Assembly: GCA_030867685.1 (NCBI GenBank)
Contig: JAQOWU010000008.1
Coordinates: forward strand, 2,790,001 to 2,854,000
Direction: 5' to 3'
Origin: Wickerhamiella versatilis
Lineage: Eukaryota
Length of the DNA stretch: 64,000 bases
Part shown: positions 22,636-34,492 of the stretch, in pieces
Position numbering within the stretch: the first letter of the stretch is position 1
Layout: each line of letters opens with the position of its first letter
The notes under the pieces: model-generated
Seen by the model: the letters and a program-made list of their open reading frames with translations, nothing else
What the model was told of the DNA's origin: nothing
The model's database searches: none
Made by a program: the position numbers and the translations under genes

Positions 22636-23372
22636 GGACGCAGCTGCCGTCAATTTTTAATCTTGATGTCAGGTTTTTTTGCTTATTATCATTGTTTGTC
22701 ATCGTCGATTCACAAACTGTGAAACTTGGGCTATTGCCATCCTTAGACTAATTTTTTTTTCTTTTGCCGAATTCTATACTTATCTTGAAGTTGAGTCATC
22801 AGCTATCCCCTTGTCCCCTATTTAGAACGCAAGTAAAAAATGCGCAACAAACTTGCAAATGTGAGTTTTTGAAGCCAAGATAATTCGGTATTTTTAGACG
22901 TATTATTTAACTTCTAGGGTTTTGAAGTTGCTGATACTTGCAATTTCTGCAGCATGACCGAGTTCTTGCATTGCGACCTTATTTCGTTGGAGTTCTGATT
23001 TGACTTTATCTAGGAGTTTCGCTTATGTGCTAGTTTGAGTTACCCCTCGCTTGGCATCAGCCGCGACTGTGAGTCGTGTTTCATGTGTTTTAGATTTGGG
23101 GTTTGGGCCTTAGCTCCTCAATCGCTTTGCGATAACATTTTACTTCGATATCTTTCGCTGTAGCTTCCTATCAGGTCATTTATCAATTAATTTTGCTTTT
23201 TAATCGTTTTGCCTGTCGTTTTTCCTTTGCTATAGATGTCCCCGAAAATAGCTGCATTCAGGCTCCTTCGATAGTATGAAAAATGGTGCAGTGAACGCAT
23301 GATCCAGGGTTGGGGCATACTTTAATTATATATGAGACTGTCGGCCCACTATTCTATTCACTCAGTTTTTAG

Positions 23373-23669
23373 ATGTACGCCCTTGTCCTCGCTGTTCTTT
23401 CTGGTGTCTACGCGTGGTCTAATAGCACTGCAACCGCGGAAGTCACTTACTTCACTACTTACTGCCCGTCCCCAACCACTTTCACCCATGGATCGAGTAC
23501 CTATACAGTATCCGAGGCAACCACTCTCACCATTGAGGACTGTGGCTGCACTAAGACTCCCGCTGCTAGTGCTCCGTCTACCTCCGCCCCTGAAGTGGCC
23601 AACGGTGCTGCTGCTAAGGGTGCTGCTGCTGCTGCTGGTGTTGCCGCGGCCGTCGCCTACTTGATCTAA
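23373..23669 (+). CDS. Small GPI-anchored cell-wall protein, Sed1/Spi1/ccg-6-like
   Basis: Signal peptide, motif [33 protein letters not shown], omega region ANGAAA plus hydrophobic tail; TATA at about 23326. Confidence 0.88.
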   Translation: MYALVLAVLSGVYAWSNSTATAEVTYFTTYCPSPTTFTHGSSTYTVSEATTLTIEDCGCTKTPAASAPSTSAPEVANGAAAKGAAAAAGVAAAVAYLI

Positions 23670-24117
23670 GATCTCTTTGGGATGCAGCAGCTCACCTGTC
23701 CTCGGGCCATAATAATAGTTGTTATCTTTTATTTCTGTCCACAATGTATTTGGCGCCTAATCATATGTAGATTACGTGTTTATATAGTTTTTTTCCGTTC
23801 ATTGAATCAATTATCTTGAGTGAAACAATATTATTCTAATATCGAGACCATTTTGTCGAACATGTGCTTGATTGATTTTTATGTCTTCTATTTGGCATGT
23901 ACATGGTCTGTTATTCACCCGAGATCTATCCTCGCAAAACATACTACCTTTTTAATTACTATCGACAAATTGGTGAGTGAAAGGTAATACCAACGCGGCA
24001 AAAGAGATAATTAGAGCAATACTAAATAAAGACCGTGTTATGTGTGAGATAGGCCATACTGATCTCAGACTGTGCAGAAACTGAGAAAACGATTACGTAA
24101 CAAAAAAAAGAAAGTTC

Positions 24118-27100
24118 ATGTCGGTATCGTTCCATACTCTTGAGCGAGAGCGTGGATTCAGATACCCATCAGACAAGAAGAGCAAGTATGGACTACTGCA
24201 TGAGGCAGTGCAGCCACACATTGGGTCCTTTGATGCTATCTTCTCTGGTCCACAGGGTGGGTTGCTCGAACAAGCGGTTCGAGACATCGGCTCTAAAGTC
24301 ATATTCGACAACCCAGAAAACCAGCCTAATGGAACAAAGCTTAAATATTGGATCGATACTGCTTCGGTAGCCAGACCTTCAGTTAGTCCTCGAGACAAGC
24401 TGTCAGTGGATCGCAAAATGTGGCCCGCAGAATGTCGGGAGCGTATGATCACCTACAAGGGTAAACTTTCCATAAGATTCGCATATAGCGTCGATGATGG
24501 CCCCATTGAATATGAGAATCGTGACTGTGGTGAAGTACCTATTATGCTTTGCTCGAATCGATGCCACCTTCAGGATTTAAGCCCAGCCCGAATGGTCGAA
24601 GCACGGGAAGAGAGTGAGGAAATGGGCGGATATTTCATCGTGAATGGTATCGAAAAGTTGATACGTATGCTAATCTTGCAACGCCGGAATCACCCCATGG
24701 CAATCGAACGATCTAGTTTCACCAAGCGTGGGCCCGCATACACAAAGTATGGTATTCAGATTCGAAGCGTTCGCCCAGATCAATCTTCGCATACAGTGGT
24801 TTTGCATTACTTAAGTGACGGACAGGTCACCTTTAGATTCTCATGGAGGAAAAACGAATATTTGGTACCGGCAGTGATGATATTGAAGGCATTGACGCCA
24901 GAGGCAAACGATAGACAAATATTTGACGGTATCGTAGGCACCGACACTTCGAACTCATTCTTAACCGATCGATTGGAACTGATGCTTCGTAACTATAAGA
25001 CATACAAAGCAGGAAGCCAGCTTCAGGCATTGGCATATCTGGGTGATAAATTCCGCGTCGTACTAGGTGCACCACCGGACATGCCGGATGTAGAAGCCGG
25101 CCGTATGTTTTTGCACAAAATCGTTCTCGTTCATCTTCCTGGTGATAACGTTGCAAAAGAACGCCTAATGCTATTTATGATCAGAAAACTTTATGCACTG
25201 GTGGCTGGTGAGTGTTGTGCCGATAACCCCGATTCTGCACAGCACCAGGAGATACTTCTACCAGGACTACTTTACAGCACAATTATTAAAGAGAAATTGG
25301 AGGAGTATCTTAATGCATTCCGTGATGCAGTGAGGACCTCTCTTGTGCGGCGCCAAGTGGTAAACTTCGCTGATAAACGTTCTCTACAACGGATATTTAC
25401 ACGAATGAACGAAGACATAGGTAAGAAGATGCAGTACTTCATATCAACCGGTAACCTTGTGTCTCCTACAGGCCTTGACCTTCAACAGGTTTCTGGGTTT
25501 ACAGTGGTTGCAGAAAAAATTAATTACCACCGGTTCTTGGCTCATTTCCGCATGGTACACCGTGGATCTTTCTTTGCCGAATTGAAAACAACTACGGTGC
25601 GTAAGTTACTTCCAGAATCTTGGGGATTTATGTGTCCTGTGCACACACCAGATGGTGCACCATGTGGCCTTCTGAACCATCTATCACACAAATGTCGCGT
25701 TGTGACTTCAGCAAATATAGACGAAGATGCTGTTATAGAGCAGGTCCGAGCTTTAGGTGTACCACGTCCTGAAGATGTTGCAGTTAGTGGACCTGATGTA
25801 TCTTGTGTCCAGCTTAACGGACGTGTTATTGGATACACAACCCATCAACATGCACAGCTTGTCGCGCAGATGCTGAGGAACCAGAAGGTAAGCAAGAACC
25901 AGAACCCTGGCATTGAGATTGGTTGGGTTCCTCCAAGTTCTGGTGGTCAGTACCCTGGCCTCTATCTTTTCAGCGGATTGGCACGAATGGTGAGAGCAGT
26001 CAAAAACCTTGCCACTAATAAGGAAGACTGGGTTGGTCCTTTTGAACAGGTCTATCTTAACATTGCCGTCGTACCGGAAGAAATAGAGCCCAAAGTACAC
26101 ACACATGTTGAATACTCTCCGACAGATGTGCTTTCTATCCTAGCAAATATGACTCCTTTCTCAGATTTCAACCAGAGCCCACGAAACATGTATCAATGCC
26201 AGATGGGAAAGCAGACAATGGGTACACCAGGTACAGCACTTGCCTATCGTAGTGATAATAAGCTGTACCAATTGCAGACAGGTCAATCTCCTATCGTACG
26301 CGCAGGCCTATATGATGAATATGGTCTGGATGAATTCCCTAACGGCACGAATGCTGTTGTGGCTGTTATATCATATACAAGTTACGATATGGATGATGCT
26401 ATGATTTTGAACAAGTCTGCATTAGAGAGAGGGTTCGGCCACGGATCAGTGTACAAGGTTGAAAAGGTAGATCTCTCGCTTCGACGACGTCCAGGCGACC
26501 CTATCACTGAAAGGTTTGGCTTTGGCGATGATGGCTGGCCAGAGGAATGGGGCCAAAAGTTGGACTCTGATGGTATGCCAGTCATTGGTCGTCTCCTACA
26601 TGAGGGTGACCCTCTGGTTGCGTACTTTGATGAGCTATCAGGCTGCACCCGTGTCAAGGCGTACAAGTCCTCAGAGCCAGCATATGTCCAGGAAGTCAAG
26701 CTGCTTGGTGATGATTCTGGAAGCGGAGAACTTCAAAGTATCACAGTGAAGCTTAGACTTGACCGGACACCAAATATTGGTGACAAGTTCAGTTCAAGAC
26801 ACGGTCAAAAAGGCGTCTGCTCGCAAAAATGGCCACAAATTGACTTACCTTTCAGCGAGTCTGGTATCAGCCCCGATATTATCATCAACCCGCATGCATT
26901 CCCTTCTCGAATGACAATCGGAATGTTTGTAGAGTCTTTAGCTGGTAAAGCTGGTGCGATGCATGGGTTCGCACAGGATGCGACACCCTTCCAATTTAAT
27001 GAGAATCAAACTGCGGCCGATTATTTCGGCGACCAACTTAAAGCAGCTGGTTATAATTTCCATGGAAATGAACCTATGTATTCAGGTGTCACAGGTGAAG

Positions 27101-27615
27101 AGCTTCGTGTTGATATCTATGTGGGACTTGTATTTTATCAGCGTCTGCGTCATATGGTTAATGATAAGTTCCAGGTGCGCTCAACTGGTGCCGTTAACCG
27201 TACCACAATGCAGCCTGTGAAAGGCCGTAAGAAGGGTGGTGGTATTCGTGTTGGTGAGATGGAACGTGATGCATTTTTGGGTCATGGTACGGCATTTTTA
27301 CTTCAGGACCGTTTGCTCAACTGTTCGGATTACACTCGTACATATTTATGCCGAACCTGCGGTTCTTTGCTTGGAACCCAGCCCTCTGTGCCCCGTATAG
27401 GTGCAGCGTCAGTTGTCCGATGTCGCCGATGCGCTCACCGTGTTACAGGTCGGGCGCCAGAAGGAAGTGAGCCTGTGTGGGAGGATGGACAAGGTACTCG
27501 ACTCCAGGGCGGTGCAAATGTTGCAGAGGTTGCTATTCCATTTGTTCTAAAGTATCTGGACTCAGAGCTCGCTGCTATGGGCGTGCACCTAAAATTTGGC
27601 TTGTGCCCGAAATAA
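24118..27615 (+). CDS. RPA135: RNA polymerase I second-largest subunit
   Basis: 1165 aa; GGYFIVNGIEK, RKLLPESWGF, GDKFSSRHGQKG, NPHAFPSRMTIG, YQRLRHMV.DK, GGIRVGEMERD; Pol I-type N-terminus. Confidence 0.97.
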   Translation: MSVSFHTLERERGFRYPSDKKSKYGLLHEAVQPHIGSFDAIFSGPQGGLLEQAVRDIGSKVIFDNPENQPNGTKLKYWIDTASVARPSVSPRDKLSVDRKMWPAECRERMITYKGKLSIRFAYSVDDGPIEYENRDCGEVPIMLCSNRCHLQDLSPARMVEAREESEEMGGYFIVNGIEKLIRMLILQRRNHPMAIERSSFTKRGPAYTKYGIQIRSVRPDQSSHTVVLHYLSDGQVTFRFSWRKNEYLVPAVMILKALTPEANDRQIFDGIVGTDTSNSFLTDRLELMLRNYKTYKAGSQLQALAYLGDKFRVVLGAPPDMPDVEAGRMFLHKIVLVHLPGDNVAKERLMLFMIRKLYALVAGECCADNPDSAQHQEILLPGLLYSTIIKEKLEEYLNAFRDAVRTSLVRRQVVNFADKRSLQRIFTRMNEDIGKKMQYFISTGNLVSPTGLDLQQVSGFTVVAEKINYHRFLAHFRMVHRGSFFAELKTTTVRKLLPESWGFMCPVHTPDGAPCGLLNHLSHKCRVVTSANIDEDAVIEQVRALGVPRPEDVAVSGPDVSCVQLNGRVIGYTTHQHAQLVAQMLRNQKVSKNQNPGIEIGWVPPSSGGQYPGLYLFSGLARMVRAVKNLATNKEDWVGPFEQVYLNIAVVPEEIEPKVHTHVEYSPTDVLSILANMTPFSDFNQSPRNMYQCQMGKQTMGTPGTALAYRSDNKLYQLQTGQSPIVRAGLYDEYGLDEFPNGTNAVVAVISYTSYDMDDAMILNKSALERGFGHGSVYKVEKVDLSLRRRPGDPITERFGFGDDGWPEEWGQKLDSDGMPVIGRLLHEGDPLVAYFDELSGCTRVKAYKSSEPAYVQEVKLLGDDSGSGELQSITVKLRLDRTPNIGDKFSSRHGQKGVCSQKWPQIDLPFSESGISPDIIINPHAFPSRMTIGMFVESLAGKAGAMHGFAQDATPFQFNENQTAADYFGDQLKAAGYNFHGNEPMYSGVTGEELRVDIYVGLVFYQRLRHMVNDKFQVRSTGAVNRTTMQPVKGRKKGGGIRVGEMERDAFLGHGTAFLLQDRLLNCSDYTRTYLCRTCGSLLGTQPSVPRIGAASVVRCRRCAHRVTGRAPEGSEPVWEDGQGTRLQGGANVAEVAIPFVLKYLDSELAAMGVHLKFGLCPK

Positions 27616-27861
27616 AATTACAATCTACATCTTAGGAATAATATCAGTAGATTATTTTCAAAATAAGACAAGTTTCTATATTCTTTTTTTTATGAGTCAC
27701 AGAATACATGGCAATGTGGGAATTTTATGACGATTCTCCAACCTGGTTCGATGCCACTACTATATTCTCAAACAAGTTAGATATTTGAACACTTTTTGTC
27801 ACTGCATAATGAAATGAAACCAAGAATTAGACCAAAACTACGCAATCGAAAAGAAAAAAAA

Positions 27862-30495
27862 TTAGCAAACGTAATTGAGATATGCAGTAGTACTGTCTAC
27901 CTGGTGGATTCTTCGCACATATTTGTAAACTTCGTCAGCCCAAAGTACTGACGAGGCAAGGCAAGTTAAGAAGACAAGATCACCAAAACTGAGAGCTTCG
28001 GTTTGGAATATATTTTGAACGAACGGAATATATATTACCGCGAATTGCCCCATTAGAGACATACCTACGGCAAAATTGAACATACTGTTGCTGAAGAAAC
28101 CAAGTTGAAATATTGAACGCGTTGCACTTCGGGACGTCAACGCATTGAATAAATCAAATAGAACGAAACAAGTGAAAGACATCGTGGTATCTCGTCTTGT
28201 CACTTTATTGTCTGACATTTCCCACACGTATACAGTCATTGTTCCTACTAAAATAAAAACTCCTCTCATCATTACAGAACGCACGATATGGTTCGTCAAA
28301 ACCTGTTCGGTCCGCTTACGCGGCGGCTTGCGCATTTCATCCGGGTCAGGCGCCTCGACGCCAAGCGATTGAGCAGGGGGTCCATCCATTAAAATATTAA
28401 TCCACAATATTTGCATTGCATTCAATGGATTTGGTATCCTAAACAGCGTGGATACAACAATGAGAGATAAAGCAGCCACGGAAGTTGACAACTGGAATGT
28501 AAGAAAACTACGGATGTTCGTGAATATCGCTTTACCCTCACGAATAGCACTCAAAATGGTGCTGAAATCATTATCCACTAAGATCATATCACCAGCCTCT
28601 TTTGCTACATCTGTGCCAGAACCCATAGCAATGCCAATATCTGCGAGCTTCAATGCTGGCGCATCGTTCACGCCATCACCAGTCATTGCAACAATGTGGC
28701 CGTGCTGCTGTAAAGCCTTCACTATCTTCACTTTCATTTCAGGCGATGTGCGAGCAAAGACCAATATTTGACCAACGGCTTCTTGGAGCTCAATGACTGA
28801 GAGTTTCTCGAGATCTTGCCCCAGCATAATGCTTGCCTCTGCTGCAGCAGAATCCCTCGGGACTGGAATACCAACCTCTCTAGCTGCGGCTGCAGCAGTA
28901 ACTTCATTATCACCTGTTATCATAATAACTCTAACACCGGATTCACGTAGTTTTTGTACACTTTCGCGAACCCCTGGTCTTGGAGGATCCTGCATGGCAA
29001 CTAAACCAGCAAAAACGAGATCATTTTCTGACGGACCATAAGCTAAAGTTAAGATTCTCATGCCATGTTCAGCTTGCTGGTAAGACTGCTCAACAATATT
29101 GGTACGATGTGAGTCAGTCATCTTGAGCTCTCTATTCTCTTCTGCCAAGTATTTAGTGCACATTGGTAAAACCTTTTCCATTGCCCCTTTGACATATATA
29201 GTGTTGTTTATTGTAATGCCCATCCACTTATTGGCACTACTGAATGGAATCTCATGACTGACTTCTCCAGTGCGCTGGGCAGGAAAGCCATGAAAAGCGG
29301 CATAACGGAGAAGAGCCACATCGACCGCATTCCCTTGAAAATCTCCTGAATCGTTGGGAGCTGCATCATTACAGTTAACTGCAACCTCAACAAGTTTAGA
29401 GACTGGGAGATTACGGGCCTCCATCCATAGATGATTCGGACCTAATACTCTCGCTATTTTGAGCCCATTCATGGTGAGAGTGCCTGTCTTGTCAGAACAA
29501 ATCACATCAACGCTTCCTAAAGTTTCAACACTAGGAAGTCTTCGCACTATGGCACGCTTTCGGGCCATGCGAAGAACCCCGAGCGCCAATGTGACCGTCA
29601 CAATGATAGGTAGACCTTCGGGAATCGCTGCGACAGCAAGTGATACGCCAATCTGGAACATTTCCAAAATGGACCGACCCTGAATGATTCCTATAAGAAA
29701 AATCAGGCCAATAACCCCGAAACTCAGTAGACTCAGTTGATGACCTAAATGCCCCATAGTGATTTGAAGCGGCGTTTTAGGCTTGTCAATTTCAGACATC
29801 ATGTGGAAAATTACCCCAAACTCCGTATCTCTACCTATCCCTACGACCAGGCCAGTGCCTTTGCCTGCGGTAACCAGTGTCCCCATGAATGCGATGTTAT
29901 GCCTTTCTGATATCGTAGTGGGAGTATCCAATTTTGCAGTAGACTTGTCTACCGGCGTGGTTTCACCAGTCAAAGACGATTCGTCTATCATAAGATGTAC
30001 AGACTCGATAATTCTCACGTCTGCAGGAATTCTATCTCCAACGCTGAATTTCACGAGATCACCAGGAACAAGTGATTCAGCTAAGATTGTGCTATAGTTG
30101 CTTCCCCGAATATTATGTGCACTAGGGGGCACGAGAGTACTGAGCGCCTTCAGACTTTCTTCGCTTCTGTACTCTTGTACAAAGCCGACACCAACAACGA
30201 ATAGAACAGCAATGGTTATAGAGACGGCATCTTCCGTATTTCCAAGGAGTAAGGATATCCCAGCAGATCCCATCAGAAGTAAAATAAGCGGATTTTCGGT
30301 GAACTGCGCCAAAAATTTCTGGCCCAGTGAGTCGTCTTCTTCGCTCTCAAAGACATTAGCACCGTAATTCCTACGGCGTTGAGCTACATCCGAAAAACTT
30401 TCGACACCCCTCGTTACAGAGGTATGTAGTTTTTGGGCTGTTTCTTCGGGTGATAGTTGGCTAAAGGCCAGAGAAGAGGTGCCACCTCGACTCAT
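27862..30495 (-). CDS. PMR1: Golgi Ca2+/Mn2+ P-type ATPase (SPCA)
   Basis: DESSLTGE, AAIPEGLP, phosphorylation site DKTGTLT, TGDGVNDAPAL, ILWINILMDGPPAQSLGVE. Confidence 0.95.
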   Translation of the reverse strand: MSRGGTSSLAFSQLSPEETAQKLHTSVTRGVESFSDVAQRRRNYGANVFESEEDDSLGQKFLAQFTENPLILLLMGSAGISLLLGNTEDAVSITIAVLFVVGVGFVQEYRSEESLKALSTLVPPSAHNIRGSNYSTILAESLVPGDLVKFSVGDRIPADVRIIESVHLMIDESSLTGETTPVDKSTAKLDTPTTISERHNIAFMGTLVTAGKGTGLVVGIGRDTEFGVIFHMMSEIDKPKTPLQITMGHLGHQLSLLSFGVIGLIFLIGIIQGRSILEMFQIGVSLAVAAIPEGLPIIVTVTLALGVLRMARKRAIVRRLPSVETLGSVDVICSDKTGTLTMNGLKIARVLGPNHLWMEARNLPVSKLVEVAVNCNDAAPNDSGDFQGNAVDVALLRYAAFHGFPAQRTGEVSHEIPFSSANKWMGITINNTIYVKGAMEKVLPMCTKYLAEENRELKMTDSHRTNIVEQSYQQAEHGMRILTLAYGPSENDLVFAGLVAMQDPPRPGVRESVQKLRESGVRVIMITGDNEVTAAAAAREVGIPVPRDSAAAEASIMLGQDLEKLSVIELQEAVGQILVFARTSPEMKVKIVKALQQHGHIVAMTGDGVNDAPALKLADIGIAMGSGTDVAKEAGDMILVDNDFSTILSAIREGKAIFTNIRSFLTFQLSTSVAALSLIVVSTLFRIPNPLNAMQILWINILMDGPPAQSLGVEAPDPDEMRKPPRKRTEQVLTNHIVRSVMMRGVFILVGTMTVYVWEMSDNKVTRRDTTMSFTCFVLFDLFNALTSRSATRSIFQLGFFSNSMFNFAVGMSLMGQFAVIYIPFVQNIFQTEALSFGDLVFLTCLASSVLWADEVYKYVRRIHQVDSTTAYLNYVC

Positions 30496-31032
30496 TTTCC
30501 ACTTACGTAATTTAAGTTGAGCTACGTTGACATCTTAATAGCGAAAATTAGTTTTTGTTTATTATGGTATAATTGCAGGCATAAATTCTTGAAAATATCA
30601 ATTCAAAAGAAAATAACTTTTGCCGACATGGCTCATCTCGGAAAGTTGATTTAAGACTTGTGCCAGTAAGAAATAGAAATCCAGAGATAGTGCCATAAAG
30701 ATTTGAATTTAAGAGTTGATATGTTTAGCCATAGTACTGTGACTCACTATTTGTTCCAATCAAACAATCAAAACGTGAGGTGCAGCTAATCTATCTGGTC
30801 TTAGTGGGCCAAGCCACTGGAGGGGCGCAGTTGATATGGGATTGTTCGCCAGATCAAAACTTCACAACATCATTATTGGGACTTGTATCTTGTCGCTGGA
30901 GAACTTTTTTTTTAGAATGGGTTGTAATATTGGAGTGCGTATAATGAATTAAGTTGTATGCTAAAACAAGGTATCACTTAGATACCAGGGCAATTATACA
31001 TCATTATGTATGTCGTGATTTCAGGGAGATAC

Positions 31033-32124
31033 TTATTGAACGTATTCATCCGCTGCTTTTTTCATGCGATTCATGATGGCTAAACCCTCATCATCAAGGG
31101 GTACTGCCTCCACGACAATGGCATCAACATTTGCTTCATCTGCTTCCCTAAAAGCCGCGAAAAGATTATGTGAAATCTCTCCACCAGACAAGCCTAGAGG
31201 AAGGTCCACTGATTCATAGTCACCGAACGAGATATCGGAGGGCCAGGTCTTGGTTCGCAGGACTGCTATCTTGTGCGCAGGGCGGGTACTAAGTGCTTGT
31301 TTCACTGACTCAATTTTAACTTGAGGGTTTGCAAGGATCACAGTAGCTCGCGGACTATAGTGCCGATATTTCATACCCGGGGTTCTGACTTTTTCGTTTA
31401 AACCCGCTGTAGGGTTGGCGACCACAACGTCTTTCCAAGCTTCGCCTCCTACATCCTTGATCTGCTCCAAGCTGACACCGCCGGGACGGAGTATTTGTGG
31501 CGGATTAACCAAACCATCAACAACGGTCGACTCAACCCCGACGTCAGATGAGCCTCCGTCAAGGATGAGAGGAATCTTTCCGTTCATATCTGCTAGCACA
31601 TGTTGAGCTAAGGTGCAACTTGGTTTTGTGGATGCATTTGCAGACGGGGCCGCTAATGGCAGATCGCTAAGTTCAATCAGGGCACGGGCTACCGGGTGTC
31701 TAGGCATGCGCACACCGAATGTGGACTGCCCCTTAGTGCAAAGGGTCGAAATTTGGGTATTTGAGGGAAGAGGTACTAAAATGGTTAATGGTCCAGGCCA
31801 AAATGCAGCAAGCAATGGTTCATAAATTGCAGGTACACCCTGGGGTAGGAGCTTAGATTCAAGCTGTTTTCGCGATGAGACATGGATGATGAGTGGATTG
31901 TCTGCAGGTCTGTTTTTAGCTGTATATATTGATTGTACTGCATTCGTATTTTGACAATTTGCACCTAGTCCGTAGACGGTTTCAGTGGGAAACGCAACAG
32001 GCTGGTTTGAACGAAGAACTTTGACCGCTTCCTGGAGGTGATCTAGCGTTGATGATGGGGCAATTCTAATGCCGCTTCCATCAAACGCAATTCGGGCAGG
32101 ATCTACCTTAAGCACTTTCGTCAT
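31033..32124 (-). CDS. SUA5: Threonylcarbamoyl-AMP synthase (t6A biosynthesis)
   Basis: AFPTETVYGLGA, KNRPADNPLI, WPGPLT, AAPSANAS, GVESTV, PGMKYRHYSP. Confidence 0.96.
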   Translation of the reverse strand: MTKVLKVDPARIAFDGSGIRIAPSSTLDHLQEAVKVLRSNQPVAFPTETVYGLGANCQNTNAVQSIYTAKNRPADNPLIIHVSSRKQLESKLLPQGVPAIYEPLLAAFWPGPLTILVPLPSNTQISTLCTKGQSTFGVRMPRHPVARALIELSDLPLAAPSANASTKPSCTLAQHVLADMNGKIPLILDGGSSDVGVESTVVDGLVNPPQILRPGGVSLEQIKDVGGEAWKDVVVANPTAGLNEKVRTPGMKYRHYSPRATVILANPQVKIESVKQALSTRPAHKIAVLRTKTWPSDISFGDYESVDLPLGLSGGEISHNLFAAFREADEANVDAIVVEAVPLDDEGLAIMNRMKKAADEYVQ

Positions 32125-32217
32125 AGAACGGAAAAAAAATATTAGTCATGCAATAATTGTGGAGTTGATCAACAGCGCTTTTAGCATGCATAGATACAAT
32201 TAACTATTGATAGTGTA

Positions 32218-33000
32218 CTATAGAAATCGAATTACAATAGCCACCATGATAGCTATGGTGGTGACAGTCATAGCAGGCAGGCGGTAATCCACTGCAAAGG
32301 ACTCATCATGGCTCCTGCCAGTAGCTGCCTTTGTCCTCGAAGGGAGGACACTGCTGCTCGCCAATGTATGATTATGATATTTTCCTGTACTATGCGCCGC
32401 TGACTGAGTACTCATTCTTTCACTGACGAGAGTTCCATTTTGTGGACGATGTTTTTCATCGTTGTCCCCTGTTTGTGTAGCAGAATGAGAGTGAGAGGGA
32501 GACAAACTCATCTCAAACTTCGTGTTTGGAGACTGCGTTAGTGACATGGGTACTGTGGTGTCATTGGCGAGAATTGTCACACCCTTTACGTGGCGAGATG
32601 CGTACTCTGCAATTTGTTGCTTCCAGCCCTTCGCTGTCGTCGACTGAGATTTTTCGCTGGTTGATACGGAATTGGTGCTGCTGCTGCCGCTGAGAACGGC
32701 CGTTGTCGAATTTGTGAATGCAGAACCCGAGGGCCGTGTAGCATTATATTCCGCACATTGTCCTTCAGAGAATGTAGTTATGAATTGGGTGAGTGCGCCT
32801 TGAGGGCATGAGCTATAACAGGAGGCACCATTGGTGTGTACGATATCACATTCACAGTTAAAATCTCCCTGACAGGTGATAAACACAGCATTGAACTCAT
32901 GCAGACAGTTTTGAACTTCCGCAGGATCACATGTGGTCAATTGACTCTTTGATTTTCCGAGAAATAATGCGATCCAGCCTATTTTTTGTAGCGTCAACAT
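32218..33000 (-). CDS. Secreted/GPI-type Ser/Thr-rich cell-surface protein with an 8-Cys CFEM-like N-terminal domain
   Basis: Weak signal peptide from ATG 33000, eight cysteines including CxC, Ser/Thr-rich stalk, hydrophobic C-terminal tail. Confidence 0.72.
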   Translation of the reverse strand: MLTLQKIGWIALFLGKSKSQLTTCDPAEVQNCLHEFNAVFITCQGDFNCECDIVHTNGASCYSSCPQGALTQFITTFSEGQCAEYNATRPSGSAFTNSTTAVLSGSSSTNSVSTSEKSQSTTAKGWKQQIAEYASRHVKGVTILANDTTVPMSLTQSPNTKFEMSLSPSHSHSATQTGDNDEKHRPQNGTLVSERMSTQSAAHSTGKYHNHTLASSSVLPSRTKAATGRSHDESFAVDYRLPAMTVTTIAIMVAIVIRFL

Positions 33001-33417
33001 ATTCAGGTTTCGCGCGAGAATGATATGGGTAAGGGTACACAACGGGTCAAATTCGCTTATTTATTATTACATTGGCTTTATTTAGATGGGGAGCTTGAAC
33101 GTCTTACGATGGACATCAAGTATAAGGACACGAAACTGTGCTAGAGCGTAGACATCTAGTGGGTAGTACCCCAAAAATCTCAATAGCCTCACTATCATCT
33201 AGAACGATTCTCCGGATTAAAATTCGGTCTGCCAACTTAGAGCACACATTTGACCTCACTACCCGCGATCAACATGATAGCGCAGAGCGCAAGAGGACAA
33301 AGAGCACCTGATAACAAAATCTAGCAGGAGTCTGGCAATCGTACTCTGCGAATTACCAATTGCGGAAATTCTAGCCATAAGAGGAATATATCCCAGTAGA
33401 GAATAAACCTCTAAACC

Positions 33418-34035
33418 ATGTTAGCACTTTTTCGCATCGCTCATCACCCGCTTTCTGAGCTGTCTTCACTGCGACATCATCGGGCACACCGAGGGCGTGT
33501 AGATATCCACATGCAGCGTGAGATGGAGTGGATGGCACAAGGTGTCGTGACAATGCGAGGTGAAATTCAGCAATTGCAAAGTCGGATGGAGCTTTGTTCT
33601 CATTTATTGAGTGACAAACTATCACTGGAATCTACCTGGGAAGAGCACCTTGAAGGGGCATATGATGATACCGTATTGCAAGCAATGCTTCAGGAGAAAG
33701 ATGTGTCTAAACAACCAGTCTTTGCAAAACCGAGAGCTTACACTCACCAGCGTCACTGGCAACGCCTAAGAATTCGATGGTGGCGACCAAGATTCAGTGC
33801 ATACATAGCTCTCCACGAAGAATTTATGGATCTCGCTGAGCGTAGGGATGCCGTGAAAGAGCTCAATGTGAGATTTGCCAATGACTGTGAGCGACTTCGG
33901 GGCCAGATTAGTGACTTGCGCCGGGTACCTGAGCAGCAAACTCTGAACCAAACTCAGCGCAGCAAAAAAAGAAAACTGATCACAGCTCCAGGGTTACCAT
34001 TCAATCAAATAGAACCTTTTGTCGAACGTAGTTAG
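33418..34035 (+). CDS. Hypothetical coiled-coil protein (205 aa; start may be ATG 33511)
   Basis: ATG ORF filling the gap; two heptad-like helical stretches and a basic KKRK motif; family not recognised. Confidence 0.55.
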   Translation: MLALFRIAHHPLSELSSLRHHRAHRGRVDIHMQREMEWMAQGVVTMRGEIQQLQSRMELCSHLLSDKLSLESTWEEHLEGAYDDTVLQAMLQEKDVSKQPVFAKPRAYTHQRHWQRLRIRWWRPRFSAYIALHEEFMDLAERRDAVKELNVRFANDCERLRGQISDLRRVPEQQTLNQTQRSKKRKLITAPGLPFNQIEPFVERS

Positions 34036-34149
34036 TTTAGTAGTCCCTCGCACGTGTGCAATCCACTCTATACACGGCTTAGTCGAGGGCTAGGGTTTCC
34101 CATTACAAGTTATCCCTATTAAGTACGTGCAAGTTTGGAGAAGCCAGCA

Positions 34150-34458
34150 ATGGCGTCTAGGGAGAGTGAGCAGGAGCAGGAGCAGAAGCTACGTGAGATG
34201 TATGGAAAACTTCCTACCCGCGCAGACATCCTGAAGAACCAGCTCAAACAGCGTAGATTCTTCGACTCAGGGGATTATGCCATGTCAAAGGCTGGCAAGA
34301 AGACTGAAGAGGTGGGATCTGAACACCCAGACCCACAGCAAATCCCTCATCGCGGTCAGCTGCTCCCGACGAACGTGGGTACCTCGCCGGTGCGTCGGAG
34401 TAGTACATTGGCACCAAAGCCTGATCGAAATTCTGACATTATTGAGGACGAAAAATAG
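34150..34458 (+). CDS. IGO1: Endosulfine (Igo1/Igo2, PP2A-Cdc55 inhibitor)
   Basis: LREMYGKLP and the Greatwall/Rim15 site RFFDSGDYAMSKAG, followed by HPDPQQIP. Confidence 0.92.
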   Translation: MASRESEQEQEQKLREMYGKLPTRADILKNQLKQRRFFDSGDYAMSKAGKKTEEVGSEHPDPQQIPHRGQLLPTNVGTSPVRRSSTLAPKPDRNSDIIEDEK

Positions 34459-34492
34459 CTATTTAAGTCTCTAGGTAGACCACTGGATGTAA